NCBI GenBank assembly: GCA_965140755.1
Contig: OZ223360.1
Span: 13,280 to 77,279, forward strand
From: an uncultured Vibrio sp.
Lineage (GTDB): Bacteria; Pseudomonadota; Gammaproteobacteria; Enterobacterales; Vibrionaceae
DNA length: 64,000 nucleotides
Reading direction: 5' to 3'
Shown here: one piece after another, positions 49,799 to 60,543 of the stretch
How positions within the stretch are numbered: position 1 is the stretch's first letter
How the letters are laid out: every line of letters starts with the position of its first letter
Position numbers and translations under genes: made by a program
Notes under the pieces: model-generated
What the model was told of the DNA's origin: nothing
Databases searched by the model: none
The model's input: the letters and a program-made list of their open reading frames with translations, nothing else

Positions 49799-50581
49799 TT
49801 AAGAGGGGTAGTTATGGTAACCCAATTGCTCTGAAATATTTTTGCCTGCTTGATGTAACAAGCCAACATACTCTTCCATTCTCTCTTCTTCAAAGCGAAT
49901 AACAGGGAATGAAATAGAAAGACCCGCAATAATTTGACCAAAGCGATTGTAAACCGGGGCCGCAATACAGCGAAGGCCTGGCTCTTGCTCTTCATTATCT
50001 TCTGCAAAGTGTTGAATGCGAACTTGTGCTAACTCTTCTAACACCTGCTCAGTGTTCTCTAGCGTCTTTTCTGTGTGTTTAATAAATTCCACATCGCTTA
50101 ACACATCGCGGATGAAACTTTCATCGCGATCAGAAAGTAACACTTTACCAATAGCAGTACTGTAAAGAGGGTTACGACGACCAATGCGCGATTGCATGCG
50201 TAGGTTGTAGCCAGAATCGATTTTGTGGATGTAAATGATGGCATTTTCATCCAGAGCACCTAGGTGCAAGGCTTCATTGGTTTGTTCTGAAATGTGGCGC
50301 ATTTCTTTATCGGCCAGTTCAATCAGATCGACATACTCAAGCGATTTCGACCCCAACTCAAATAGCTTAAGCGTTAGTGAATATTTATCGTCTTCACCTT
50401 CTTGTGATACATAGCCTAACGACTTCATTGTTTGTAAAAAACGATATGTGGTTGCTTTCGACATCATTAGTCGTTGGGAAAGATCAGATACGCCGATGGA
50501 TTTTTGCTCGCCTAACGCTTGAAGAATGTGAAACACTTTCAGTACTGATGAAACTGCTTCAGGTTGATTTGTAGTTTTCAT
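49799..50581 (-). CDS. kdgR: IclR-family repressor KdgR
   Basis: VSSVLKVFHILQAL, RIGRRNPLYSTAIGK, EDNEEQEPGLRCIAAP; divergent from kduD. Start at ATG 50581. Confidence 0.9.
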   Translation of the reverse strand: MKTTNQPEAVSSVLKVFHILQALGEQKSIGVSDLSQRLMMSKATTYRFLQTMKSLGYVSQEGEDDKYSLTLKLFELGSKSLEYVDLIELADKEMRHISEQTNEALHLGALDENAIIYIHKIDSGYNLRMQSRIGRRNPLYSTAIGKVLLSDRDESFIRDVLSDVEFIKHTEKTLENTEQVLEELAQVRIQHFAEDNEEQEPGLRCIAAPVYNRFGQIIAGLSISFPVIRFEEERMEEYVGLLHQAGKNISEQLGYHNYPS

Positions 50582-50714
50582 TGTTATCCTTGTGAATTTT
50601 TTGTTTGCTTCATTATATCTTATAAAATCTGTAGCACTAGTATTTATAAAATACCTTTTCAAAAATTTGGAATGAAACTGGGGTTCGGTTCAGAAAAATT
50701 GGATCGTAATCTAT

Positions 50715-50737
50715 TTTTTGAAACGTCTTTTCAAAAA
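50715..50737. promoter_or_regulatory. KdgR operator candidate
   Basis: TTTTTGAAA-cgtct-TTTCAAAAA palindrome between kdgR and kduD, resembling TGAAACnnnGTTTCA. Confidence 0.65.
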
Positions 50738-50835
50738 TAATTGAAACTAATTTCTTTTTTGTACAATATATGAGTGTAGAAAGTGACATGGCCAGTCGCC
50801 AAATCACGAATTATCTAATTATTGAGGAAAAAGAC

Positions 50836-51597
50836 ATGATTCTTGAGTCATTTAACCTTGGAGGCAAAGTAGCCATTGTTACTGGTTGTGACACTGGTCT
50901 TGGCCAAGGTATGGCGCTTGGTTTAGCAAAAGCCGGCTGTGATATCGTGGGCGTAAACATCACTGAACCGACAGAAACTATTGAGAAAATTGAAGCAGAA
51001 GGCCGTAAATTTGTTGATATCCGCGCTAACCTAATGACGTTGGATGACATCCCATCAATCGTTGATCGCGCAGTCACAGAGCTAGGCCGTATCGACATTT
51101 TGGTCAACAATGCTGGCATCATCCGCCGCGAAGATGCAATTGAGTTTTCTGAGCAAGACTGGGATGACGTAATGAACATCAATATCAAGTCGGTGTTCTT
51201 TATGTCTCAAGCAGTGGCAAAACAGTTCATCGCTCAAGGTGAAGGTGGCAAGATCATTAATATCGCATCGATGCTGTCTTTCCAGGGCGGTATCCGCGTT
51301 CCTTCATACACTGCCTCTAAGAGTGGAGTTATGGGTGTCACGCGCCTAATGGCGAACGAATGGGCAAGTCACGGCATTAATGTGAACGCGATTGCACCGG
51401 GTTACATGGCAACAAACAACACCGCAGCCCTACGTGCTGATGAGCAACGTAACAAGGAAATCGTCGATCGTATTCCTGCTGCTCGCTGGGGTGAGCCTGA
51501 AGATTTAGCTGGTCCTTGTGTATTTTTGGCTTCAAAAGCGGCGGACTACATCAATGGTTACACGCTCGCCGTTGACGGTGGCTGGTTAGCTCGCTAA
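50836..51597 (+). CDS. kduD: 2-dehydro-3-deoxy-D-gluconate 5-dehydrogenase
   Basis: VTGCDTGLGQG, NNAGIIRR, SFQGGIRVPSYTASK; 253 aa from ATG 50836. Confidence 0.95.
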   Translation: MILESFNLGGKVAIVTGCDTGLGQGMALGLAKAGCDIVGVNITEPTETIEKIEAEGRKFVDIRANLMTLDDIPSIVDRAVTELGRIDILVNNAGIIRREDAIEFSEQDWDDVMNINIKSVFFMSQAVAKQFIAQGEGGKIINIASMLSFQGGIRVPSYTASKSGVMGVTRLMANEWASHGINVNAIAPGYMATNNTAALRADEQRNKEIVDRIPAARWGEPEDLAGPCVFLASKAADYINGYTLAVDGGWLAR

Positions 51598-51612
51598 TCG
51601 ATTTGTGAGAAG

Positions 51613-52143
51613 TTGATTGTGGATACTGCAACATTAGCGCAAATATTAGGGTTTATTAGTTTTGGTTTGGGGTTCTCCGTCTTTTACCAGAAGAATGATA
51701 AACGCCTAAAAATCTTGATGCTAATTTTTAATCTCAATCATCTTCTCCATTTCTTATTGCTTGGTTCAATGATCTCAGCGCTTGGCGCGTTGTTGTCGGC
51801 AATGAGAACGACCACTGCGATATTTGTCTCGTCGAAGCGAGTTGCCGCTGCATTTATTGTTGTTAGTTTTGTGAGCGGCTTTTGGGCTGCAGAACAGTGG
51901 CGCGACATTTTGCCTATTCTTGGAACGGTTATCGGTACCTACTCCGTATTCTGCTTGTCGGGAATTCGGATGCGCGTGGGCTTTTTGCTCGGTGCGGCTT
52001 GTTGGCTGACCAATAATATTCTGGTGGGATCTATTGGAGGAACGCTACTGGAAATGACCGTGATCGTATTGAATTCAATGACAATCTATCGTTTGTATCA
52101 TCAGCGATCTGAACCGAAGCTAAATCAATCAGTTACTGGATGA
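51613..52143 (+). CDS. ygjV: YgjV-family inner membrane protein
   Basis: AQILGFISF...QKNDKRLK, WLTNNILVGSIGG; uronate-cluster context. Start uncertain. Confidence 0.75.
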   Translation: MIVDTATLAQILGFISFGLGFSVFYQKNDKRLKILMLIFNLNHLLHFLLLGSMISALGALLSAMRTTTAIFVSSKRVAAAFIVVSFVSGFWAAEQWRDILPILGTVIGTYSVFCLSGIRMRVGFLLGAACWLTNNILVGSIGGTLLEMTVIVLNSMTIYRLYHQRSEPKLNQSVTG

Positions 52144-52247
52144 ACCATGTCCTTGTCTAACTGAAAAACGGCCCGAAAGGTCAACAAGCCCTAAGAGTTT
52201 AATTTAAGAAACATTTTTGAATGCGGTTTGTTCCGCAGGAGTAACAC

Positions 52248-52884
52248 ATGAAAATTGCACTAATGATGGAAAACAGCCAAGCCGGGAAAAACGCAATGGT
52301 GGCTGGTGAACTAAACACTGTTGCTGGTGGCCTTGGTCACGAGGTATTTAACGTAGGCATGACGGATGAAAACGATCATCACCTAACGTACGTCCACTTA
52401 GGTATCATGGCGAGCATTCTACTGAATTCAAAAGCAGTAGACTTCGTGGTAACGGGTTGTGGTACCGGCCAAGGCGCCCTGATGTCAAGCAATCTGCATC
52501 CAGGCGTTGTGTGTGGCTACTGTCTGGAGCCATCAGATGCATTCCTGTTCAACCAAATCAACAACGGCAATGCTATTTCTCTGGCATTTGCGAAAGGCTT
52601 TGGTTGGGCTGGCGAACTGAACGTGCGTTACATCTTCGAAAAAGCATTCACAGGTGCTCGTGGTGAAGGTTACCCAATCGAGCGTGCAGCTCCACAGCAA
52701 GCCAATGCTGCGATTCTGAACGACGTGAAAGCCGCAGTTTCTAAAGATGTGGTTGAAAGGCTTACGTGCAATCGATCAAGAGCTAGTGAAAACAGCAGTA
52801 GGTAGTGCGCAGTTCCAAGATTGCTTCTTCGCACATTGCCAAGTGCCTGAAATCGCTGAATACGTGAAGTCTCTACTGGACTAA
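52248..52884 (+). CDS. RpiB/LacAB-fold 4-deoxy-5-keto-uronate isomerase (DhuI-like), with apparent +1 frameshift
   Basis: MKIALMMENSQA, TGCGTGQGA, NGNAISL. Removing one A from AAA at 52756-52758 extends the frame to GLRAIDQELVK...SLLD* at 52884. Confidence 0.78.
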
Positions 52885-52958
52885 TTACTTAATTTATCGG
52901 GAATTAAGTACAAGCCAGCCATTGTGCTGGCTTATTTTGTACCACTAAGGAGGCTCCC

Positions 52959-53888
52959 ATGAACCCAATCAGTCGCGTCGCTATCATCGGTGAATGTATG
53001 GTGGAGCTTAGGAAACACCTTGGCGTGCTACAGCAAGGCTTCGGTGGTGATACCCTCAATACTGCTGTTTATCTGTCTCGTTTAACCCAACAACATGGCG
53101 TCGAAACCTCCTATGTGACTGGGCTGGGGCACGATCCGTTTAGCCGCGAAATGCTGACGGCATGGCAGGACGAAGGTCTCAACACCGACATGGTCTACTT
53201 TTCTGAAGATAAATTGCCGGGCATTTATGCTATTGAAACTGCAGACGATGGTGAGCGGAGTTTCTTTTATTGGCGCGAAGATGCAGCCGCGAAATATTGG
53301 CTACGCGAACATGACTTCCAGTCTTTAGTAAAAGATATGTGCCAACATCAAATGATTTATCTGAGTGGTGTTAGCTTAGCAATTATCGCTGATGAACACC
53401 GCCAAACGCTGATCGATTTGCTGACCACCTGCCGTAACGAGGGTGTCACCATAGCGTTTGACAACAATTTCCGGCCAAAACTTTGGCCAAGTATAGAGTT
53501 GGCTCGTCGTTTCTACTCGAAAATCCTCAGTGTTACTGACATGGCATTTTTGACGTTTGATGATGAAGCCATGCTATGGGGTGACAAAGATGAATCCGAA
53601 GCTATTCGTCGCACCAAAAACTTTGGTGTGAAAGAGATCATTGTTAAGCGTGGCGCGGACGACTGTTTTGTCGTGACACAAGACCAACAGCATACGATCC
53701 CGGCATTGAAAGTAGACGCTGTAATCGATACCACGGCGGCTGGTGACTCTTTCAGTGCGGGGTATCTTGCAAAACGTATTCTAGGCGGAGACGTTGCTGC
53801 GTCTGCGCTGGCTGGACACAAAGTGGCTGGTTCCGTTATCCAACATCGCGGTGCAATCATTCCAAGCGAATCGATGCCGATTATTTAA
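52959..53888 (+). CDS. kdgK: 2-keto-3-deoxygluconate kinase
   Basis: IGECMVEL, GGDTLNTAVYL, DNNFRPKLW, DTTAAGDSFSAG. Confidence 0.93.
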   Translation: MNPISRVAIIGECMVELRKHLGVLQQGFGGDTLNTAVYLSRLTQQHGVETSYVTGLGHDPFSREMLTAWQDEGLNTDMVYFSEDKLPGIYAIETADDGERSFFYWREDAAAKYWLREHDFQSLVKDMCQHQMIYLSGVSLAIIADEHRQTLIDLLTTCRNEGVTIAFDNNFRPKLWPSIELARRFYSKILSVTDMAFLTFDDEAMLWGDKDESEAIRRTKNFGVKEIIVKRGADDCFVVTQDQQHTIPALKVDAVIDTTAAGDSFSAGYLAKRILGGDVAASALAGHKVAGSVIQHRGAIIPSESMPII

Positions 53889-53899
53889 GGAACGATGAA

Positions 53900-54523
53900 A
53901 TGAAAGACCTAAATCAACAACTTTCTGAAATTAAAGTAGTCCCTGTTATTGCAATTAAAGATGCAAGCAAGGCTGTAAAATTGGCTCAGGTATTGGTTGA
54001 GAACGGCCTGCCTTGTGCTGAAGTGACGTTTCGAACTGAAGATGCGGCACGCGCGATCAAAAATATGCGCGACGCGTACCCTGAGATGTTAATTGGCGCG
54101 GGTACTGTCTTAACCAGTGCTCAGGTGGATGAAGCGATTGAAGCTGGTGTCGATTTTATTGTTAGTCCGGGCTTTAACCCAACTACCGTTAAATACTGTC
54201 AGCAGCGAAATATCGCTATCGTACCTGGTGTAAATAATCCAAGCTTAGTTGAACAAGCGATGGAAATGGGGCTTCGTACCCTCAAGTTTTTCCCGGCAGA
54301 GCCCTCTGGTGGCACGGCGATGCTTAAAGCTCTGTCTGCAGTTTACCCGGTTAAATTCATGCCCACAGGTGGCGTGAGTCCAAGTAACGTAAAAGATTAT
54401 TTGGCCATTTCTTCGGTCTTAGCGTGTGGCGGAACCTGGATGGTGCCTGGCGATTTGATTGATAACGAACAATGGGACGAACTGGCAGCGCTGATTGGTG
54501 AAGTTGCAAGAGTTATTGAATAA
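53900..54523 (+). CDS. eda: KDPG aldolase
   Basis: EVTFRT, GAGTVL, VSPG, LKFFPA, FMPTGGV. Confidence 0.93.
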   Translation: MKDLNQQLSEIKVVPVIAIKDASKAVKLAQVLVENGLPCAEVTFRTEDAARAIKNMRDAYPEMLIGAGTVLTSAQVDEAIEAGVDFIVSPGFNPTTVKYCQQRNIAIVPGVNNPSLVEQAMEMGLRTLKFFPAEPSGGTAMLKALSAVYPVKFMPTGGVSPSNVKDYLAISSVLACGGTWMVPGDLIDNEQWDELAALIGEVARVIE

Positions 54524-54626
54524 TTTTCATTCTGCCGAGACGGAGAACTATCGCTGATAGTCAAACAAGTTATTAGGCAATATGTCCACGCCCGGCTCCA
54601 CCGGGCGTATTTTTAAACGTGAATTA

Positions 54627-55400
54627 CTATTGATTAGATTCCGCATCTTCACGCTTAATCACTTTATGCCCATCTTCTGAAACGCCTTGTTTCCAGTAGC
54701 TGCTGATGTAGATATTTTCACGCTCGACTTCTTTCTCATTACGGAAGTATTGGCGTAACGCTCGCATTGAGTCAAACTCACACGCACACCAAACGGCGAC
54801 ATTACCTTCTCGCCACTCTAACTCGCGAACGGCTTCTGCTAGATTCTGCCCTTCCGTCAACCAAATCAGCTCCATGCCTGCTGGAGCGTGCAGAGGTTGA
54901 ATGTCTGCGGCAGAGAGGACACTAATAACTGCGTAGCCTTTTGCTTCTTCAGATAAAGTGCGGATTTTGGCCGATAGAGCAGGGAGGGCGGTCATATCGG
55001 CTGCCATGAAAAACCATTCGGCGTCGGTGTTCAGGTTAGAAATACTACCCGGACCAACGATGTTGATGGTGTCTCCTTTTTGCGCGGCCATCGCCCAGCG
55101 AGCAGCGAATCCACATTGCAGATCTTGAGTCATATGGCGAACAAAGTCGACTTCAATACTGCATGTCTCGGGGTGGTAACGACGAATGGTATAGGTACGC
55201 ATCAATGGGCGCTTATCTTCCGCCACCGCATGCAAATCGGTACCACCCATTTCATTAAATAGCAGCTTAATGTAGCTCCCTTCACAGTCCACTGGAAATT
55301 GGCCTAGAGCCTCGCCCTGCAAAGTGAGACGCTGCATGTTCGGGGTGATAGTTTCGGTGTGTGTAACGACAAGTTCTTTAGGTTCAGGTTTCTTTTTCAT
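54627..55400 (-). CDS. Siderophore-interacting protein (ViuB/YqjH family)
   Basis: TPNMQRLTL, RTYTIR, VGPG, ADMTALPA, ISSYWK. Confidence 0.9.
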   Translation of the reverse strand: MKKKPEPKELVVTHTETITPNMQRLTLQGEALGQFPVDCEGSYIKLLFNEMGGTDLHAVAEDKRPLMRTYTIRRYHPETCSIEVDFVRHMTQDLQCGFAARWAMAAQKGDTINIVGPGSISNLNTDAEWFFMAADMTALPALSAKIRTLSEEAKGYAVISVLSAADIQPLHAPAGMELIWLTEGQNLAEAVRELEWREGNVAVWCACEFDSMRALRQYFRNEKEVERENIYISSYWKQGVSEDGHKVIKREDAESNQ

Positions 55401-55413
55401 CTTTACTATTCTC

Positions 55414-55436
55414 GATAATTATTCTCTTTCTCATTT
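55414..55436. promoter_or_regulatory. Fur box candidate
   Basis: GATAATTATTCTCTTTCTCATTT directly upstream of the siderophore-interacting protein start. Confidence 0.6.
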
Positions 55437-55586
55437 AAGAATATCAATATCTCTCTTGAGAGAGTAGTGTCTTTAAATAAATTTACACTGTGAATTGCCC
55501 TTGAAACCTGATCGAGATAACTCGATGATTCCATGACTGCCGACCAATCATGGAATCCTTCCGGAGAGACTCTGAATGATCTTCTT

Positions 55587-56171
55587 CTATAGCATTGGAA
55601 TTGTTGATAAAAGCAGCAACGCTGCCATGCCGTAATTAAACCCTTTTACACGTTTAGATGTGGTTAGCCAGCGCTGGAGTTGTATGCCCGCCGCGGTCCA
55701 GAAGGTGACAGAGGGCAGGTTGGCTAAGCAGAAGATACCCGCAATAAAAGTTAGCTCTAACCATGCGGCACCTGAGCTGTATACGGTGACAGCGGTGAGT
55801 GCCATCGACCAGCCTTTTGGATTTACCCACTGAAATGCGGCCGCACCGATAAAGGACATTGGCTTAAAATCACTTTTTGTTTCCGCTTTACCACTGGTGG
55901 CGATTTTATAAGTCAGATACAGCAAGTAACTTAAGCTGAGCGCTTTTAAAATCGTATGGGTCACCGGATACGCGTGAAACAAACCCATTAAGCCAATACC
56001 AACCAGTATGAGCATCGCACCAAAGCCAAAAGTAATCCCTAACATGTGTGGAATGGTACGTTTAAACCCGACGTTCGCACCTGATGTCATCAGCATGATA
56101 TTGTTCGGACCCGGCGTAAATGTCGATACAAAAGCAAAAAGTGCCAGCGCGCCTAATTGTTGGTATTCCAT
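55587..56171 (-). CDS. LysE-family amino-acid exporter
   Basis: FTPGPNNIML, FQWVNPKGW. Confidence 0.9.
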   Translation of the reverse strand: MEYQQLGALALFAFVSTFTPGPNNIMLMTSGANVGFKRTIPHMLGITFGFGAMLILVGIGLMGLFHAYPVTHTILKALSLSYLLYLTYKIATSGKAETKSDFKPMSFIGAAAFQWVNPKGWSMALTAVTVYSSGAAWLELTFIAGIFCLANLPSVTFWTAAGIQLQRWLTTSKRVKGFNYGMAALLLLSTIPML

Positions 56172-56297
56172 AGTTTTTCCTTACATCAAAACTTGTCCTA
56201 ACTGGACGTCATCTATGAAACAACTATAAGTAGAAACTCCATCAATATTGTGCTTTTATTGACCCTGTATGGATTAATTAAGCAATAAAACATCACT

Positions 56298-56738
56298 ATG
56301 GATAAATTTGACGAAAGAATATTGCAAGAGCTTAAGTTAGACGGAAGAATCTCCAATGTAGAGCTTTCTGAGCGAGTTGGGTTGTCACCTTCTGCGACGT
56401 TACGTCGGGTACAGGAATTAGAGCGCCAAGGTGTGATCAAAGGTTATCGCGCGGTTCTGGACAGTCAGCAACTGGGTGTCGGTTTTGTCGCCTATGTTTC
56501 GATTGGTTTATCCTCTCACTCGAAACAAGCACAACATGCTTTTGAAGATCACGTTCGTTTTGTGAAAGAAGTTGTTGAGTGTCATAACATCACCGGCGCG
56601 AACGAATATTTGCTGCGAGTCGAAACGAGAGACTTGGCCACCTATAAAGCGTTTCATGCGGGGGTTTTGGGGGAGTGTGAGCATGTGCAAGGCATTACAA
56701 CCATGGTGGTGATGGATACGCCCAAAGATGAGCGATGA
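56298..56738 (+). CDS. Lrp/AsnC-family regulator
   Basis: MDKFDERILQELKLDGRISNVELSERVGLSPSATLRRV; divergent from lysE-like gene. Confidence 0.92.
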   Translation: MDKFDERILQELKLDGRISNVELSERVGLSPSATLRRVQELERQGVIKGYRAVLDSQQLGVGFVAYVSIGLSSHSKQAQHAFEDHVRFVKEVVECHNITGANEYLLRVETRDLATYKAFHAGVLGECEHVQGITTMVVMDTPKDER

Positions 56739-56790
56739 TAATCAAAACTAATGCAGCACGTGAGCCTACATCGTCGGGACTCTGGTGAAG

Positions 56791-57102
56791 TTATTGATAA
56801 AACACCGCTAACCAAATTGTTTCTTGATCAGTATCGGTCCAGCTCACTTTATGTTTGGTGTATGCCGGGATATTAATATAATCGCCTGCGTCCAGACGTT
56901 TGACTGAACCATTCTCAAAGGTGAGTTCTCCCGCGCCTTTTATCACCAATACCCACTCGTTTTCATCCTGATCGTACCAGCCTTCTTCGGGTGACGTTTG
57001 CCCGTGAGACACAATGCGTTCAATACGCAGGTTTTCGTAACACAGCAAATCTTCAAATGTTTCTTCACTGAGGTCATGAGGTAAATCGTTAAACAGGTTC
57101 AT
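56791..57102 (-). CDS. Cupin-domain protein
   Basis: RIERIVSHGQTSP, WYDQDENEWV, YINIPAYTKHKVSWT. Confidence 0.85.
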   Translation of the reverse strand: MNLFNDLPHDLSEETFEDLLCYENLRIERIVSHGQTSPEEGWYDQDENEWVLVIKGAGELTFENGSVKRLDAGDYINIPAYTKHKVSWTDTDQETIWLAVFYQ

Positions 57103-57302
57103 CTTATTCCCTGGGGTCGTAAAGAGTCACATTCATCAAATGATAAACGATTTACTCTGATTTGACCTTCTTTAAGCGTGAGTCTTTAGGTGTACAAGAG
57201 CTTCTCACACGCACATTTTGCATTACAAGGTTGTGTATCATTTGCATAATTTGTTGATCAATTTGGCGTTTTCTCATACAGATTCGCTATATTTTTTACA
57301 AA

Positions 57303-57316
57303 TTGATTTCCGTCAA
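57303..57316. promoter_or_regulatory. FNR-like site upstream of ompW
   Basis: TTGAT-ttcc-GTCAA vs TTGATnnnnATCAA (one mismatch). Confidence 0.5.
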
Positions 57317-57465
57317 AATAGTAAGGTTTTTATGTGCTAGATTGCGCGCAGTTAGCAAATATAAATACCTGAGTTCATTAACACTTTGACTTTCCATTGG
57401 ATATATCAGTGTGTGATGAACACTCGATTGGGTACAAAAACGAAGCCCTACAAAAGGAAATAAAA

Positions 57466-58110
57466 ATGAAAAAAACAATCTGCAGTTTGGCAGTGGTTGC
57501 TGCGCTCGTGTCACCAAGTGTTTTCGCTCATAAACAAGGTGACTTCGTTCTTCGTGTTGGTGCGGCGTCTGTTGTTCCTAATGATAGCAGCGATAAGATT
57601 CTTGGTAGTTCAGAAGAGTTGAAGGTGGATTCTAACACTCAGCTTGGCCTGACATTTGGCTACATGTTTACAGACAACATCAGCTTCGAAGTGTTGGCGG
57701 CAACACCGTTTAGTCACGATATTTCCACAGATTTAGGCAATCTTGGCGATATCGCTGATACCAAACACCTGCCACCAACGTTTATGGTTCAGTACTACTT
57801 TGGCGAGCCACAAAGTAAGTTCCGTCCATACGTTGGTGCGGGTCTGAACTACACCGTCTTCTTTGATGAAGGCTTCAATGGTACTGGTAAAGCTAATGGC
57901 CTGTCGGATCTGAAACTGGATGATTCATTTGGTTTAGCAGCAAATGTAGGTGTGGACTACATGATCAACGATCAATGGTTCCTAAACGCGTCCGCGTGGT
58001 ATGCAAACATTGAAACAGAAGCGACCTATAAAGCGGGTGGCGTGAAGTATAAGACCGACGTAGAGATTAACCCTTGGGTATTTATGATCAGCGGTGGTTA
58101 CAAGTTTTAG
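57466..58110 (+). CDS. ompW: Outer membrane protein W
   Basis: EVLAATPFSHDI, HLPPTFMVQYYF, PYVGAGLNY, INPWVFMISGGYKF. Start at ATG 57466. Confidence 0.96.
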   Translation: MKKTICSLAVVAALVSPSVFAHKQGDFVLRVGAASVVPNDSSDKILGSSEELKVDSNTQLGLTFGYMFTDNISFEVLAATPFSHDISTDLGNLGDIADTKHLPPTFMVQYYFGEPQSKFRPYVGAGLNYTVFFDEGFNGTGKANGLSDLKLDDSFGLAANVGVDYMINDQWFLNASAWYANIETEATYKAGGVKYKTDVEINPWVFMISGGYKF

Positions 58111-58253
58111 AAAATAATCCGTAGTTTTCAGGTCTTTTGACCGCTAGCAATAATTACGATGCGGGATAGCATTTAACAGTTTTGGCATGACTTTAGGGGC
58201 GGTATTCGGGCACTGCCCCTTTTTTTTGGCTTCCACCTTCAAATCAGACTGAT

Positions 58254-58499
58254 TTAATCAAAAGTGACTTCGGTGAAGTGTGGGTTTGCCTTCAGCGCGC
58301 GCATCGTGAGAAGTTGTTCGGTCGGGAATGCAATATGTTCGCCGTCAACATCAAGAAACAAGCATTCCTGTCGCTGCATATCAAAACCGGTATCAAATGC
58401 TCTTCCCTGATGGCTTTCACCATTTTTCAGAGTAATTTCAACGGGTAGCTCAAACATACAGGCTATTTCAATAAAATCGTATTGATTGCAGGTCACCAT
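58254..58499 (-). CDS. rof: Rho-binding antiterminator Rof (YaeO) family
   Basis: CNQYDFIEIACM...VEITLKNGE...G.A.DT. Confidence 0.8.
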   Translation of the reverse strand: MVTCNQYDFIEIACMFELPVEITLKNGESHQGRAFDTGFDMQRQECLFLDVDGEHIAFPTEQLLTMRALKANPHFTEVTFD

Positions 58500-58689
58500 C
58501 GCAGTTCTCCTTCCACACCAAATCCACTTGTTTAAAGTATACCCTGTACAAACTGTTTGGTTTGAGATTCCACACCCGAAGGATGTCTTTCCACTGAAAC
58601 CTAATCTTCATTTTACGCCTCTACTTGGTCATGAAACAGACACATAATCGCGTTTAACTAAAAGCATCGTCGAGCAAACGTAAATAAAC

Positions 58690-59825
58690 ATGTCTGAAAC
58701 GACCCTAAAGAGCAGTCTTTTGAGCCGTGAGCGTAAATTAGCCTCACAGATTAAGCCGCAATCTTATACCGCGCAACTCGCGCATCGTATTCTTCACTCT
58801 CCCCAGTTCGAAAATGGCCGAGTCAAAAATGCCATGCCGAACGTGCCAAGCCATCAGTCGTTCTGGCAGGTTTGTTGGAGTTATTTGGGAGGCCGTGCAC
58901 CATTGTGTCCCAATGGACATTTACCTTACTCCCCAATCGTAAAAGATCAGTTTTTAAATCGTAGTGATGCTATGCGAGTAACCTGGCTGGGCCACTCAAC
59001 CATGCTGGTGGAAGTAAATGGGGGTTCGTATTCTGACTGATCCTGTTTTTGACTATGCTTCGCCACTGATCGCAAAAGCATGGTTTGAGCGCAATATCCC
59101 CAACACACATGCGAGAGAAAGTTTGCCTATCCCCGATATTATCGTGATCTCACACGATCACTATGATCACCTGGAGGCCTCAAGCATCCGTTTTTATGCT
59201 GATAAATCCGTGACGTTCTACGTTCCGCTTGGCGTCGGCAAACACCTGATCAAGTGGGGCGTGTGTGCTGATGATATTGTCGAATTCGACTGGTGGGAGA
59301 GTTTACAGTACGCCAATGTCGAGCTTATTTGTACGCCCGCTAACCCACAATTCAGGGCGAACTTATCTCGATAAAAACACCACCCTGTGGGCGTCATGGG
59401 TCATCAAAGGGCGAAGTGAAACACTCTACTTTAGTGGTGACAGTGCTTACGACCAGCATTTTGCCGACATCGCGCAACGGTGTGGACCAATCGACATTGC
59501 CTGTTTGGAAGTGGCGGCGGATGTGAAGCAAAATCAAGGCTATCCAGTCGAAAACTGGGGCCATATGCAAGCGCACCATACGGTTCAGGCATTCAAGGAT
59601 CTGCAGGCCAAAAAGCTATTGCCTGTTCACTGGGCGACCTATGAGTTGTTCACCCATAAATGGGATGAGCCAATTGAAGATTTGATTAACCACTGCCAAA
59701 ACGAGAGCATAACGTTTCTCACGCCCATGCCAGGAGAGAGTTTTTACGTTCAGAATGAAGTGAGAAACCGCACTTGGTGGCAGAAGGAACAAAGTGAAGA
59801 GTGCGTGAGAGGGATTGAAGTGTGA
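58690..59825 (+). CDS. Metallo-beta-lactamase-fold hydrolase (RomA/NAPE-PLD-like), with two apparent +1 frameshifts
   Basis: TWLGHST, ILTDPVF, SHDHYDHL, FSGDSAY, PVHWATY; extra bases at G5 59020-59024 and CCC 59344-59346. Confidence 0.8.
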
Positions 59826-59900
59826 TGTCACCCTTACTTAATCATTGAGATAGCGTTCATTCTGTTTGCCTTATCAAAATCATGTTGCAATAGCTGAAAC

Positions 59901-60326
59901 TTAGTCGATCATCACCTGAGGTTTGAGCTCCACAACATTCCCCTCAGGATCACTAATATAGAGTGAGCGTCCAAAACCTTGCGCACCGTAACGCTCGGAA
60001 AAATCCTCAGTTTGAATATCGTGTGTGTGTAGATATTGAATGAGTTCAGCTTCTTCAAACGGCGTAAGTTGCAGACAAAAGTGATCGACATTTCTGCCGT
60101 TTTGTTCTGGAGGTTTTCCTCCTAGCTTACCCAACTCACTGTCTACCGTAACGATATCAATCAATGCCGTTCCTGCTCTGAGCTGCGTTAATCCCAATTC
60201 CACGAGCTCCCTTTCTATCGGGCAACCGAGTATTTCTCGATAAAAGTGCAACATGGCATCGAGGTTCGTGGTTCTTAAAACAATATGATCGAGCGCTTTT
60301 ATTTCGATAGGGTTTTGAATAGGCAT
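59901..60326 (-). CDS. VOC/glyoxalase-family protein
   Basis: LDHIVLRT...FYREILG, VDHFCL, SLYISDPEGNVVEL. Confidence 0.88.
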   Translation of the reverse strand: MPIQNPIEIKALDHIVLRTTNLDAMLHFYREILGCPIERELVELGLTQLRAGTALIDIVTVDSELGKLGGKPPEQNGRNVDHFCLQLTPFEEAELIQYLHTHDIQTEDFSERYGAQGFGRSLYISDPEGNVVELKPQVMID

Positions 60327-60543
60327 GTGTTCCTCCTTTCTGATTGCTTTGAGATTAGTATAGTCAGTAAGCGGTCGGTTCTAACATCCAAATTAACTAA
60401 GGTGATGAATTGCTCAATTTAGCCAAAAAGATGAACTTATACGGAGTTCAATTCATTAATTTTGCTACTGTTAGCAGGGTTTAATCTAGTAGTTATAAGT
60501 ACAATGTATTGTAAATGCACGCTTGCTGAAAATGAGACGAATA

